A DNA stretch of 62,089 nt, taken from contig JANOQV010000045.1 of NCBI GenBank assembly GCA_031414955.1, forward strand, positions 1-62,089, given 5' to 3'. Below are positions 1-10,076 of this stretch, one piece after another (positions within the stretch are counted from its first letter, which is position 1; each line of letters begins with the position of its first letter). The notes under the pieces are model-generated. The model saw nothing but the letters and a program-made list of their open reading frames with translations. It searched no databases and had not been told where the DNA came from. The DNA is from Pedosphaera sp. (GTDB lineage Bacteria; Verrucomicrobiota; Verrucomicrobiia; Limisphaerales; SIBH01). Both the position numbers and the translations under genes were made by a program.

Positions 1-1022
1 CGCTCAATCTTCGCGGGGTCGTTGCCATGATGCGACAGCGGGTGGTGCGGATCGGACACGCCGATCTCGGGATAGGTGCGATTGCTCGTTTCGCGCGCGA
101 GCTGAAACGTGATGACGCGCGTGACATCGCCCTGCATCGCCAGCACCTGGAGGTCGAACATCAGGCGCGCGTGGTCGGCGTAAGCGGCGGGCACGCCCAC
201 GGGACGATCCAGATCAGGCAGCGGATTGTCCTTCGTGTCGGCTTCGGCCTTCTGAATGCGGCGTTCGATCTCGCGGACCGTCTCAAGGTAATGGCTGACC
301 CGCGCACGGTCGCCGGGACCAAGGTTGCGTTGCAAGCGGGCGAGATCGTCAGTGAACGAGTCGAGCAGGCTCGCCTTCTTCTTCAGTGCGGCGCGGCGCT
401 CGGCGATGCTGCCGCCTTCGCCAAACAGGCTTTCAAACACAATGCGCGGATGCGCCTCCGCCGGCAGCGGCGTGGTCGGCGACGACCAGGAAAGATTGTT
501 TTGATACGCGCAGGCGTAGCCGTTGTCGCACTGGCCCACCACCTGGAGATGATCCATCGCGAGTTCGAGGGACGGCAACTGTGTCGCCTGACCGATGCGC
601 TGGGCGGCAATCTGATCGACGGTGGTTCCGAGGTAATAGTCGGTGCTCTCCGTCAGCTTCGCCTTCGCCGCGCTGAGGAAGGCGGAGTTGGAGGTCGCAT
701 GGCTGCCGGGGTAGGCATTTTGCAATTCGAGATTCGTGATGGCCGTGACATGCTCCCGCACCGGCGCGAGCGAACTGAGGATCGGCGAGAGCTGATCAAG
801 CTTGTCGCCCGGCAACGTCCAGCGCGTGATGTCGCAGCCCATCGGCATGAAGACAAAGCCGAGCCGGCGCACCGGCTGGGCGGCGGTCTTCGCCAGTGGC
901 GTCGCGGCGGGAACCATCGCTTCCAGCAGCGGCAACGCCATCGTCGCGCCCATTCCGCGCAGGAAGGTTCGGCGCGGCATGAACTTCTTCGTGATGAACA
1001 CGGCGCTCGACGGGGCTTTCAT
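1..1022 (-). CDS. DUF1552 (HXXSHH-type) domain protein, 3' end runs off the window
   Basis: Manual minus-strand translation from ATG 1022: MKAPSSAVFITKKFMPRRTFLRGMGATMALPLLEAM...TTVDQIAAQRIG...LPSLEL...CDNGYACAYQNNLSW, typical of DUF1552. Not in the ORF track because it has no stop in the window. Confidence 0.85.
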   Translation of the reverse strand, partial: MKAPSSAVFITKKFMPRRTFLRGMGATMALPLLEAMVPAATPLAKTAAQPVRRLGFVFMPMGCDITRWTLPGDKLDQLSPILSSLAPVREHVTAITNLELQNAYPGSHATSNSAFLSAAKAKLTESTDYYLGTTVDQIAAQRIGQATQLPSLELAMDHLQVVGQCDNGYACAYQNNLSWSSPTTPLPAEAHPRIVFESLFGEGGSIAERRAALKKKASLLDSFTDDLARLQRNLGPGDRARVSHYLETVREIERRIQKAEADTKDNPLPDLDRPVGVPAAYADHARLMFDLQVLAMQGDVTRVITFQLARETSNRTYPEIGVSDPHHPLSHHGNDPAKIE

Positions 1023-1142
1023 GATCGTTCGTCTAACACGGATTCCCGGCGTTTGCACCAAGGAAAATCGACGGAGAAACTACCTGGAACATGAGTGCCT
1101 CTTTGAGAACTTCAATATGTGGTGATACGCAAAAGTGATGGG

Positions 1143-4100
1143 TCAAGTCTTGCCTTCAACAGGGTGAAAGAGGGCGAGCAATTTTTCCATCGCGACAAGT
1201 TGTTCAGGCGTGATCTTTTTCTTCGCGAGCATCCGCCTCCGCATGTCGGCGGTGAGGCCAAGCCTCCCGGCAAGATGTGCGACATCGCGCTCGGCGTTGT
1301 AATAGCCAAGGGTGAACTTCGGTTCGTTCTCCTTGGCTTTGACCTCGGAAAGCGCCTCGGCCAGGGCAATCACGACGGTATTGGCAAAGGCAATCTTGAA
1401 AATCGGGCCTTGGAGCGGCGGCGAGAACCCCCAGATCGAGAAGACAAAGACGCGGGCCAACGCCGCGTTGTCCGACTCGTCCGTCCACAGGTAAAGCGCG
1501 GTGGTTGTCGCGTCCCGCAACGGCAGGTCTGTGACGCAGAGCAGATAGTCCACGCTCAGTTTGGCACGAATTTCTTCCATCCTCGGCGCGACTCGCTCGG
1601 CGTTCAGGTAGGCGACGTTCGAACTGCTCGAAGCGTCCGGGGTCCAGAGGCTGCGCGGCGCGGTCAGGTGTTCGAGGCGGAACTCAAAATGATCCTGCGC
1701 GGCGTTCATCGTCGCCAGCGTGGCGTCGAGGTTCTCCCGATAAGGCAAAGCATTTGCCACGTCCCACACCGCGATTGTGATCGGACGGCTCGGCAAAGGG
1801 TCGCGCTTGTCTTTCGTTCCTGTGGGTGCCGCGCGGTGCGGCCAAGACTGTGAACGACTGGCGACCGGGGTGGAAAGGGCGCTGGTCACCAGCGGAGATG
1901 CCAGCGCCTGGCCGATTTTCTGCGGAGTGCATAACCGCGCATTCGGGTTGCGGGCGAAGAGCACAGGCACGCCCCAGTCCATCGGCTCGACGCCGCTGTA
2001 ACGAATGGCGATCCGCGATTCCCGCATGGCATCGCCCAGCCGCAGGCCAGAGGCGAGGCAGGCGTAGAAATGCAGCGAAAAGAGCGAGGCCGCGCGATCC
2101 AGCACGCTGTATTGATTGGCTACCACGGCCGGGATGCCGTCACGCACGAGCGACATGGCGACACCGCGGTTGTATTCCGCGCCCGCGCCGCGGCCGGTTT
2201 CACAGGCGTTGAGGAAGACGATTCGGATGCTCCGACTGCGCAAAATGTCGAGGAGTTGGGAAGCGGAAAGGCTCTGTTGCCGCGCTCCTTCATCTTCAAA
2301 CAACACGTAACCAGTGTTGGTCTTGCGGTCGAATTCGCCATGTCCGATGAAGTGGATGATGTCGAACTCGTCGCCGCGTGCCAGTTCACGCAGCGTTTCA
2401 TGGAGCAGTTTCGGGGTGGCACGGGGGATCACTTTCACTTCAACGAGCCCGGCGCTCGTCAGCGGCTTGAACGCCTCGGCGATATAGCGGCGTTCCTCCT
2501 CAATGGAGAGCGGCACACTGCCGGCCGGCTGCGCCGAGATCACCAGGATCCGGAGCAGCGCCTTGGTGTCGATACGATCGGCTGGCATTGGCGACAAGAC
2601 GTTGCGCACGAACCGAACGTCAGCCGTGGCCAGAAAGGTTTCACTGGCGAAATCAAATGCAAACTCCCACGGAAAATCGGCAACCCAGGGAATCATCGAA
2701 GTGAAGATGATGTTCAGGCGCCGCTTGTCGTGTCGAAAGCGTGCCGCGTCGTAAAGCCTCCGCACCTCACTTGGGAAAAGTGTCTCGAAAAGTACTCCTC
2801 CAAAAACTTGCAGGAATGCGTCCGTCGGGGTGCTGACCACTGTTTTGTCAGGCAGGGTGAAAGTCTGCTCGCGGCCATTGGCGTAGGCGACCATGAAGCG
2901 GTGCATATCGCTGATCTGTTGCCAGCGTTGCCCCGCATTGTCCTTGCTGCCCCGGACGTAAAACGGAACGGCCACGCGCGCGCTGCCATAAGTCGCGAGC
3001 AGCAGAGGAACCGAGTCGTCGGACTCCATCTCCGCGTGTTCCGTTTGTGCAATGACGGTGAGGAAAAGATCGTCCTCGTTGTTCCAACCATCCATGCCGA
3101 GACTGGCCACAGGAGGCTCCGTGCCCCGGGTTGCGGCAGGAACGGGTGTTTTCTCCGTTGCGGCGGCGACCGCAGGCGCCCAGGGTGGGGGGGGCGGCAA
3201 CGAGCGGCTGGCGCGTCGCGTCGCTAGGGGGTGTTGCGTTTCCAGCAGTGTAAGTCCGAGCGGCTCGCCGCGCAGGGCCTTGAGGATGAAGCCGGCGGTT
3301 TCTGCGCGGTGGAAGAAACTGACGTGGTTGACCGCGGCGGGTTCATCCGTGGCCAGATTGCCACCCAAGCCGAAACAGCCAATCCGCTCGCGCGGCACCC
3401 AGGAAGCCGGGCTGGCGTCCGTCTGCCAGCCGCCTTCAGTCGGAACAACCAGATCATTTGCCCCGCCAAAGAAGGCGTCCACCCCCATGTCCGCGAGACG
3501 TGACCACCAGTGCTGGGGCGGGTGAAAATTGGAGGTCAGGGCGTAATAGTGCATGCCCGGAGGAACGCCCGGCGCGGCCTGCAAATCGGCGATGATGTCG
3601 CCCTGCCCATCCATGGCTGCTAGTCCCGGGGCATTGCCGACAACTTTGTCCGCAAACCAGATGAGCGCATTTGACAACCAGTCGGCAGCGGTGAGGAAGG
3701 GGTGATCCGGGAGCAGTTCGAGGAGATTCGCAAACCACGCCAGCTTATCCTCCCAATGCTGCGGACTGGCCAGCGGCGTGCCCGCATTCGGGCTGGCGAC
3801 GAGCACCACTCGTCCGATTTTCAATCGGGCCGCGTCACCGCCCAGGCTCGCCGCCGCCTCAGTCAGAGTGCGCAGCACCAGACCGCCGCGTGAGTGGGTG
3901 ATGACATCAAAATGAAACCTTCCCGGCGGCAGCGCGGCCAGCAGCGTGCGCACATTTTCCTCCGGCGTCGCGCTGAACGTGAAATGATCGAAGGCAAAGA
4001 TGTTTTCGCCATAGATCGAACGGAGGCCGGCAAAAAACGGCTCCGATGCGAGATCACGGAAGGCGCTGCCCGCATTTGAAAAAGTGCCGTGGAGGAAGAG

Positions 4101-4778
4101 CAAACCACGCTCGTTCTCGGGAAATGCCGGCAACCCTGCCGCGAGGTCGCCTGCGGCCAGAGTCGCTTGCGTCAATTGCAGCCAGCCTTGCCGCCGCCCT
4201 TTCCAAAGCTGCTCTTCGAGCTGGCGCGCGAGCCAGGGCACGGCGAGTTGCGCGAGCGGATCGACCACGAGGTCGGCGGCTTTCTTCACCAGTTTGACGA
4301 GGATCGCGCTGACTTTGCCCCATACGCCCCGCCGTGCGGTTTGCGGATCGCCCGCGAGCACCGGCACGGTGAATTCCACTTCCATCGTCGCTGTGGCACC
4401 GCGCCTTGCCGCACGCTGTAACGTCGCCGTTGGCCGGCGGAAGGAAATGGCACCCGAGGCCTGGCGCACAACAAGCAAGACCGATGCATCAGCCGGAACT
4501 GTGGCGCGCAGAGGCAATTCCACATCGCCTGATCCGCGCCGCGGCGCAGACGGCGTCGCCTCAACGACATCCAGCACTTCAAAATCACCCTTTGTCATCG
4601 CCTCGGGCAGGACGGCTCCGGGCGCTTCACCTGTCGCGACGCGACGACGCTCGGCTGCCTTTGGAATGGCTTCCTGCACCGACAATCGCGCAAGCACCCA
4701 GCCAGGTGAGCTCTGCAACTGCGAACCTGGAGTGGCGGCAGTTTTGGAACGACGGCTTGCGGGCGGTCTTTTTTTCAT
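1143..4778 (-). CDS. Alpha/beta-hydrolase (lipase-like) + CHAT (caspase-like protease) multidomain protein
   Basis: FLHGTFS oxyanion motif and ITHSRGG nucleophile elbow. CHAT dyad motifs IIHFIGHG and LNACETG. Uncharacterised C-terminal domain of about 200 aa. Confidence 0.85.
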   Translation of the reverse strand: MKKRPPASRRSKTAATPGSQLQSSPGWVLARLSVQEAIPKAAERRRVATGEAPGAVLPEAMTKGDFEVLDVVEATPSAPRRGSGDVELPLRATVPADASVLLVVRQASGAISFRRPTATLQRAARRGATATMEVEFTVPVLAGDPQTARRGVWGKVSAILVKLVKKAADLVVDPLAQLAVPWLARQLEEQLWKGRRQGWLQLTQATLAAGDLAAGLPAFPENERGLLFLHGTFSNAGSAFRDLASEPFFAGLRSIYGENIFAFDHFTFSATPEENVRTLLAALPPGRFHFDVITHSRGGLVLRTLTEAAASLGGDAARLKIGRVVLVASPNAGTPLASPQHWEDKLAWFANLLELLPDHPFLTAADWLSNALIWFADKVVGNAPGLAAMDGQGDIIADLQAAPGVPPGMHYYALTSNFHPPQHWWSRLADMGVDAFFGGANDLVVPTEGGWQTDASPASWVPRERIGCFGLGGNLATDEPAAVNHVSFFHRAETAGFILKALRGEPLGLTLLETQHPLATRRASRSLPPPPPWAPAVAAATEKTPVPAATRGTEPPVASLGMDGWNNEDDLFLTVIAQTEHAEMESDDSVPLLLATYGSARVAVPFYVRGSKDNAGQRWQQISDMHRFMVAYANGREQTFTLPDKTVVSTPTDAFLQVFGGVLFETLFPSEVRRLYDAARFRHDKRRLNIIFTSMIPWVADFPWEFAFDFASETFLATADVRFVRNVLSPMPADRIDTKALLRILVISAQPAGSVPLSIEEERRYIAEAFKPLTSAGLVEVKVIPRATPKLLHETLRELARGDEFDIIHFIGHGEFDRKTNTGYVLFEDEGARQQSLSASQLLDILRSRSIRIVFLNACETGRGAGAEYNRGVAMSLVRDGIPAVVANQYSVLDRAASLFSLHFYACLASGLRLGDAMRESRIAIRYSGVEPMDWGVPVLFARNPNARLCTPQKIGQALASPLVTSALSTPVASRSQSWPHRAAPTGTKDKRDPLPSRPITIAVWDVANALPYRENLDATLATMNAAQDHFEFRLEHLTAPRSLWTPDASSSSNVAYLNAERVAPRMEEIRAKLSVDYLLCVTDLPLRDATTTALYLWTDESDNAALARVFVFSIWGFSPPLQGPIFKIAFANTVVIALAEALSEVKAKENEPKFTLGYYNAERDVAHLAGRLGLTADMRRRMLAKKKITPEQLVAMEKLLALFHPVEGKT

Positions 4779-4888
4779 AGATGGAATCTTGGAAGGGGTC
4801 GCTTTTCGAGAGGGTCAAATGGCTTTCTCTGTTCAACCGAAGTTGGCTGCGCCCTGATGCTGAGTTTTCCAACGAGTTGTGCGGTCAT
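4775..4888 (-). other. 37-aa bridging ORF between the DUF1592 stop and the CHAT start
   Basis: ATG 4888 overlaps the DUF1592 TGA (ATGA) and its TGA overlaps the CHAT ATG (ATGA). 38 codons, no internal stop: MTAQLVGKLSIRAQPTSVEQRKPFDPLEKRPLPRFHL. Confidence 0.4.
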
Positions 4889-7224
4889 GGATTGACTAAA
4901 CTTCTCATGGTGAACGGAGCGCTGTTGACGACTCCAAGTATGACGGCTGAAAAGCGGAAATCATTCACCTGCGCGTCGCGAACAATTTTGCGGACGGCGG
5001 GCGCGTCGGACGGTTCGATGCCGCGGCCGAGCGCGAAGGTGAGCAACTTCTCGGTCAGCGTGCTGACGAATTGGTCGGGCTGTTTCAGCAAGCCCGCTTC
5101 GAGTCCGGCCACACCGGCGAACTTGCTGCCGTCTGGCAGGCCGCCCGTCACGTCGATGGGCTGGCCGTCCTCCAGCGTGCGCCAGCGGCCGGTGGCGTCG
5201 AAGTTTTCCAGCGCGAAGCCGATCGGGTCCATGAGGTTGTGGCAGCTCGCGCAGGCCGCGTTCGCGCGATGCTCGGCCAGCCGTGCGCGCATCGGCAGCG
5301 AATCGGAGACGGTGTTCTCCTTGAGCGTGGGCACGTTCGCGGGCGGCGGTGGCGGCGGGGTGCCGAGGAGGTTTCCCAGAATCCAGTTCCCACGAATGAC
5401 GGGCGACGTGCGCGTGGCGTACGATGTCACCGTGAGCACGCTGCCTTGCCGCAACAAGCCGCCGCGCTCGCTGCGCTTGTCCAGCGCGACGCGACGGAAG
5501 TGGCTGCCATAGACGTTGGGAATGTCGTAGTGCTTCGCGAGCCGTTCGTTCAGGAAGGTGTAATCCGCGCGCAACAGGTCGAGCACGCTGCGGTCTTCGC
5601 GCACCATGTTTTCGAAGTGCAGCTCGGTCTCGCGGCGGAAAGATTGCCGCAGGTTGTCGTCGAAGTCGGGAAAGAGCCGGAGGTCGGGCGTGAACGATTC
5701 AAGGTTGCGCAGGTGGAGCCATTGCCCGGCGAAGTTGCCCGCGAAATTCCCGGCGCGCGCATCGGCCAGCATTCGGCGCACTTGCTTTTCCAGCACGCGA
5801 GGCTTGTGCAATTCGCCGCGCTCGGCGGTCGCGAGCAGTTCATCGTCAGGAATGCTGCTCCAGAGAAAGAACGAAAGGCGTGACGCCAGCACCACATCGC
5901 TGACCGGATACGCAGTGCCCGGCGCGACACCGGCAGGATCTCGCTCGATGCGGAACAGGAACTCCGGATTGACGAGCACGGCGTTGAGCGCTGCTTCGAT
6001 GCCGGCCTCGAAGCCATTCTCCGACTTCGCGCGACGATAGAACTCCATCGGTTTTTGCAGGTCCACGCTGGTGATGGGTCGTCGGTAAGCCCGGCGTGTG
6101 AGCGTGGAGAGAATCTTCTCGGCGCAGGCATCTTCGTCGGCGGGCTTCGTGGGCTGACTCACGAAAATCCGCTGGCGGCTCGGCGAATCTCCAGGCGACT
6201 TCGAATCGTAGGGACCGTTGATCGAAACCTGATAGATGGCCGGCGTGAGTCGAGGGTGCCGGTGCATGTTGTAGCGCGCCAGATAAGGCTGACGCCGGTT
6301 CTCAAGCAGCGCCGAAGGATTTTTCAGGAACGTGATACCAAGTTGATGCGGTCCCGCCGTCACCGGCACGCGCACCTTCAGATGCGCATCGACCTTCTCG
6401 TGATTTCGATCCCCCTTTGGCGGCACCACGGTGAAGGATCGCACTTGCTGGCGATCCACGAGCACCACGATCTCGTGCGACTCGCGCAAGCCCTCGACCT
6501 CCTCGTTGCGGTCGCGCGTCAGACGAATCTGAATCTCATACTCACCATCGCGCGGGAACGTGTGGTGGATGAGCGCGCCGCCACGCGTGCCCGGCGGCAG
6601 TCCTTCGACGTGCGCCTCCTGCGTGAGGTCGGGCGCGAGGCGAAACGTGTCGCCGCCCGGCTGGCGATACGGCGCACCAACCGCGAGCCGGCTGATTTTC
6701 CCGGCGGCGGAGATGTAGCGGTTCAACAGCGTCGGCGAAAGTTCACCGACCGTCACGTTGTCGAAGCCGTGGCTCGCGTCGTCCTTCGGCAACAGCGCCG
6801 TGGCGTCGATGTCGAGCGCGAGCAGATCGCGGATGGCATTCTGATACTCGGTGCGATTCAGCCGGCGAAAGGTTTCCGTGCGCCCGGGATTGGGATTCTT
6901 CTCCGCCGCGCGGTCGAGCGTGGAGGCCAGCTTGCCCACGACGTCGTCATAAACTTTGTCGTTGGGACGCTCCTTGCCCACGGGTGGCATCTGGCGCGCG
7001 CGCATTTTACGGATGACCTGCTCCCATTCGGCGGAATGCTGCGTGATGCCGTCGCGACTGATGCGCTCCAAGTCGAGTCCGCCCTTCTTCACGTCCGCAT
7101 CGTGACAACTGACGCAGTATTGGTTTACGACGGACTTCACCGGGGCGGCTAAAGGAGTGGGAGGTGATTGCGCCGCGACGGCATGGAAGCCCGCCGCCAG
7201 TACACATGTGAAAAGCAGACACAT
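4885..7224 (-). CDS. DUF1592/DUF1588/DUF1587/DUF1595/DUF1585 (PSD/PSCyt) cytochrome c-like protein
   Basis: Two CxxCH motifs (CVSCH, CASCH), plus RRLNRTEYQNAIRDLL, LASRLSFFLWSSIPDDEL and RTSPVIRGNWIL. Start chosen at the signal-peptide-like MCLLF (7224); 7299 is possible. Confidence 0.88.
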   Translation of the reverse strand: MCLLFTCVLAAGFHAVAAQSPPTPLAAPVKSVVNQYCVSCHDADVKKGGLDLERISRDGITQHSAEWEQVIRKMRARQMPPVGKERPNDKVYDDVVGKLASTLDRAAEKNPNPGRTETFRRLNRTEYQNAIRDLLALDIDATALLPKDDASHGFDNVTVGELSPTLLNRYISAAGKISRLAVGAPYRQPGGDTFRLAPDLTQEAHVEGLPPGTRGGALIHHTFPRDGEYEIQIRLTRDRNEEVEGLRESHEIVVLVDRQQVRSFTVVPPKGDRNHEKVDAHLKVRVPVTAGPHQLGITFLKNPSALLENRRQPYLARYNMHRHPRLTPAIYQVSINGPYDSKSPGDSPSRQRIFVSQPTKPADEDACAEKILSTLTRRAYRRPITSVDLQKPMEFYRRAKSENGFEAGIEAALNAVLVNPEFLFRIERDPAGVAPGTAYPVSDVVLASRLSFFLWSSIPDDELLATAERGELHKPRVLEKQVRRMLADARAGNFAGNFAGQWLHLRNLESFTPDLRLFPDFDDNLRQSFRRETELHFENMVREDRSVLDLLRADYTFLNERLAKHYDIPNVYGSHFRRVALDKRSERGGLLRQGSVLTVTSYATRTSPVIRGNWILGNLLGTPPPPPPANVPTLKENTVSDSLPMRARLAEHRANAACASCHNLMDPIGFALENFDATGRWRTLEDGQPIDVTGGLPDGSKFAGVAGLEAGLLKQPDQFVSTLTEKLLTFALGRGIEPSDAPAVRKIVRDAQVNDFRFSAVILGVVNSAPFTMRSLVNP

Positions 7225-7397
7225 TTCCCTGCGGAAGGCGACGGCATCCGCGCGAAACCGTCCGATGGGAAAAGGCCGTTTCACAGCGGCAGGCACCATG
7301 CCCACAGTGCGAGGCCCGGACAAGACTAAAGCCCCGAAAACGTGGCCGGGGCGTTCGACTCTCGACTCCCGCCCGGGAGCGTGGCAGCTTCGCCCGA

Positions 7398-7766
7398 ATG
7401 GATTCAAAAAAACTCGCGCAGTTCTGCCTGGAATACGCCGACAACCGCAAAGCGGAGAACATTGTCATACTCGATTTGCGCGAGCTTTCTTCCGTGACGG
7501 ATTACTTCGTCATCTGCTCGGGCACGAGCGAGCCGCATCTGCGCGCCATCTCCGACGAGATCAGCACCAAACTGCGCGACGAGCACGACCTTCGCCCGCG
7601 CGCCGTCGATGGCACGCTGCAAACCGGCTGGGTGGTCCTCGATTTCTTTGATGTGATCATCCACGTCATGAAGTCGGACGTGCGCGAGAAGTATGATCTG
7701 GAGGCGCTCTGGAGTGATGCCCCGCGCATTAAACCCCGCAAGGCGCGCAAGGCTCCCGCCGCCTGA
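7398..7766 (+). CDS. rsfS: Ribosome silencing factor RsfS (Iojap)
   Basis: KAENIVILDL..SSVTDYFVICSG...WVVLDFFDVIIHVM...REKYDLEALW. Confidence 0.93.
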   Translation: MDSKKLAQFCLEYADNRKAENIVILDLRELSSVTDYFVICSGTSEPHLRAISDEISTKLRDEHDLRPRAVDGTLQTGWVVLDFFDVIIHVMKSDVREKYDLEALWSDAPRIKPRKARKAPAA

Positions 7767-7774
7767 TCGATGAC

Positions 7775-8491
7775 TCAACTCGCGCGGGGTCGTCGGTTTT
7801 TCGGAATGGTCGGTCGCACGCTAATCTCAAACAGTTCCATCGCAGGGGCGGGCTGCGGCTTGAGCGGCGCGAAACTTCTCCGATGGCAGGGGCACGGACC
7901 GTGCCGGGCGATGGCCGCCAGATGCTGCTTGGTCCCGTAGCCCTTGTGCATCGCGAACCCGTATTGCGGCCACTGCCGGTCCGCCTCCAGCATCATGCGG
8001 TCCCGTGTCACCTTGGCCAGCACGCTGGCGGCGGCGATGGAATAGCTGCGGGCATCGCCGTTCACCAAGGGTGTCTGCAACCAGCGCGCGCTGGAGATTT
8101 GGTTGCCATCAATCAGCACATGCAACGGCGCGGGGTTCAACCGGGCCAGCGCCTCGTTCATGGCCCGGAAGGTCGCTTGGAGAATGTTGATCTCGTCAAT
8201 CACCGCGTGGTCGCTCCAGGCGATGGCGTGGTTGATCTCGGGAAAAGATTTGAGCCGGGCGAAAAACTCGTCGCGCTGTTCGGGCGTGAGCTGCTTGGAG
8301 TCATTCAGTCCGCGCAAGGCATAGGGCAGGCCGTTCACGATCCACTCGGCCGGAAAAATGACTGCGGCGGCGACCACCGCCCCGGCCAGCGGGCCGCGCC
8401 CGGCTTCGTCGACGCCAGCGATGAGAGAGCAGCCGCGCGCCATCAGTTCGCGCTCGAAGTAAAAGCGGGATTTGCTCTGCGCCCTTGCCAC
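7775..8491 (-). CDS. rnhB: Ribonuclease HII
   Basis: IAGVDEAGRGPLAG, DSKQL, SIAAASVLAKVTRD, HKGYGT, HRRSF. Confidence 0.95.
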   Translation of the reverse strand: MARAQSKSRFYFERELMARGCSLIAGVDEAGRGPLAGAVVAAAVIFPAEWIVNGLPYALRGLNDSKQLTPEQRDEFFARLKSFPEINHAIAWSDHAVIDEINILQATFRAMNEALARLNPAPLHVLIDGNQISSARWLQTPLVNGDARSYSIAAASVLAKVTRDRMMLEADRQWPQYGFAMHKGYGTKQHLAAIARHGPCPCHRRSFAPLKPQPAPAMELFEISVRPTIPKNRRPRAS

Positions 8492-8560
8492 TGGCGGGAG
8501 AAACTAGCGGGCGGAGGATCGGCAGCAATGAAGAAATGGCGCAGCTGGAGGAATTAGTCC

Positions 8561-10069
8561 TCAGCGCAACACCCGATAGGCGCGGAAGCGCTGCTCGTTC
8601 GTGCCCCCGACCTGCACCGTGCCCTCGATGGTGAGCGCCACGTTGCTGGCCGTGGTGGAGGAGCCGGTCGCCGTCTTGGAAACCAGCTCCACACGTTTCG
8701 GCTCGGCCACGCCGCCCAGGCGGCCGTTCAAAATCACCAACTGCTTCAGGCTCGCGTTGCTGCCCGCTGCCCGGAAGTAGTATTCGCGCTCCGTGCCGCT
8801 GGCCGGAGTTGCTGCTTTGGCCACGGCCCGCCGCCCGATCTGCACCGGGCGATCCAAGGCTCCCAGTTTGCCAGAATCATATTCCACCACTGTCGCTTCA
8901 TTACTGATGACACCTTCGTAGATGGATTGATCCACGTCGGTCAGGCGAATGGTGTCGCCATTCACTTCCACCGTGAACTGGCTCAACACTTCGGGCGCGG
9001 AGGCCGCTTTGTCGGCGGCCACCCGCGACTGCAAACGCGTGGCCTCGGCCTGCGGTTCGGTGCGCGCCAGACTTTCCGCGAAACGTTCCTGCGGAACCGG
9101 CGCGTCCTGGCGGAAGAAGACCATCGCCTCACCTTTGATCCCGGCGGCCCGCGCGCCATCCGCCGCGACCAAGGACAGACTCCGCGACTCCGCGAGAGCC
9201 TCGGACAACTTGCGTTCCACTCCGTAGGCATCCGCAGCCGGCGGCCCGGCCGCGGCCGAGGCACCCGGGGCGTTCGCTCCCCGGCCCAGAGTCACAGGCT
9301 GCCCGGCCGCACCAAGACCGCCGCTCCCTTCGAAGGCCAGGGTCGCCGGGGGCTGGGTAGCAAACGCCGCTACCTTACCGGAAGCAGGTTTTGCATTCGC
9401 CGCCTCACCGCTCGTGGTGGTAAAGCGCGCCCGCCCACCGGCCGGGGAAGCGCCCGCGCTGATTTCGTCCAGCCGCTTCATGGAATCAGCCAGCGCCACT
9501 GGAGCCGGCGCATTGAGCTGCAAGGCCGGAGTTGTCCCACCCGCCGCCGGAGTCAGCGCATAAAGGCTCTCTGTCTTTTGTTTCGAAACGAGCGAGGTCA
9601 CATCACCCAAATCCTTGATCAGCGCATCCGTCGGAACGTTCTGCACCGGAGTCAAACTGCCGGAGGCCGTCACTACCGCGACCGCCTTCTCCTTGGCCAG
9701 CTCCTTGATGTCCGACTCCGCGCGCAGGTTCTCGCGCACCATCAGGCGCGACTCGTCGGCGAGACTGTCGTTCTTCGCGAGTTGCATCGTCGTCGTGGGC
9801 TGGCTACCGGGACCGAACATCCATACCCCCAGCACCACCGCCGCCACCGACCCGCCCAAGGCCAGCCATCCCCGCCACGCGTTCAGCCACGCCCCGAGAC
9901 TGTGCTTCGCGCCGTCCTGCGCCTGGCTCGCGCCATACTGCCGCCCCACCTCGCCCTGAAGCATCCGTCGTGTGGCCTCGTGCAAAGCAAAATCGCCGCC
10001 TTGCTCGCGGCGTTCCTTCGCGTAACGCCTGAGCAGCTCGTCGATCTTGTCTGGGTCTTCCGTCGCCAT
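8561..10069 (-). CDS. Putative anti-sigma factor (single TM, Ala-rich extracytoplasmic region)
   Basis: Starts 8 bp after the ECF sigma stop. Short N-terminal cytoplasmic segment, TM (WLALGGSVAAVVLGVWMF), long low-complexity linker and a beta-rich C-terminus. Confidence 0.6.
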   Translation of the reverse strand: MATEDPDKIDELLRRYAKERREQGGDFALHEATRRMLQGEVGRQYGASQAQDGAKHSLGAWLNAWRGWLALGGSVAAVVLGVWMFGPGSQPTTTMQLAKNDSLADESRLMVRENLRAESDIKELAKEKAVAVVTASGSLTPVQNVPTDALIKDLGDVTSLVSKQKTESLYALTPAAGGTTPALQLNAPAPVALADSMKRLDEISAGASPAGGRARFTTTSGEAANAKPASGKVAAFATQPPATLAFEGSGGLGAAGQPVTLGRGANAPGASAAAGPPAADAYGVERKLSEALAESRSLSLVAADGARAAGIKGEAMVFFRQDAPVPQERFAESLARTEPQAEATRLQSRVAADKAASAPEVLSQFTVEVNGDTIRLTDVDQSIYEGVISNEATVVEYDSGKLGALDRPVQIGRRAVAKAATPASGTEREYYFRAAGSNASLKQLVILNGRLGGVAEPKRVELVSKTATGSSTTASNVALTIEGTVQVGGTNEQRFRAYRVLR

Positions 10070-10076
10070 CTGCCCG

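Noticed and set aside
27..1094. 355-aa plus-strand ORF
   Set aside because: Antisense shadow of the DUF1552 gene; Arg-rich with no motifs.
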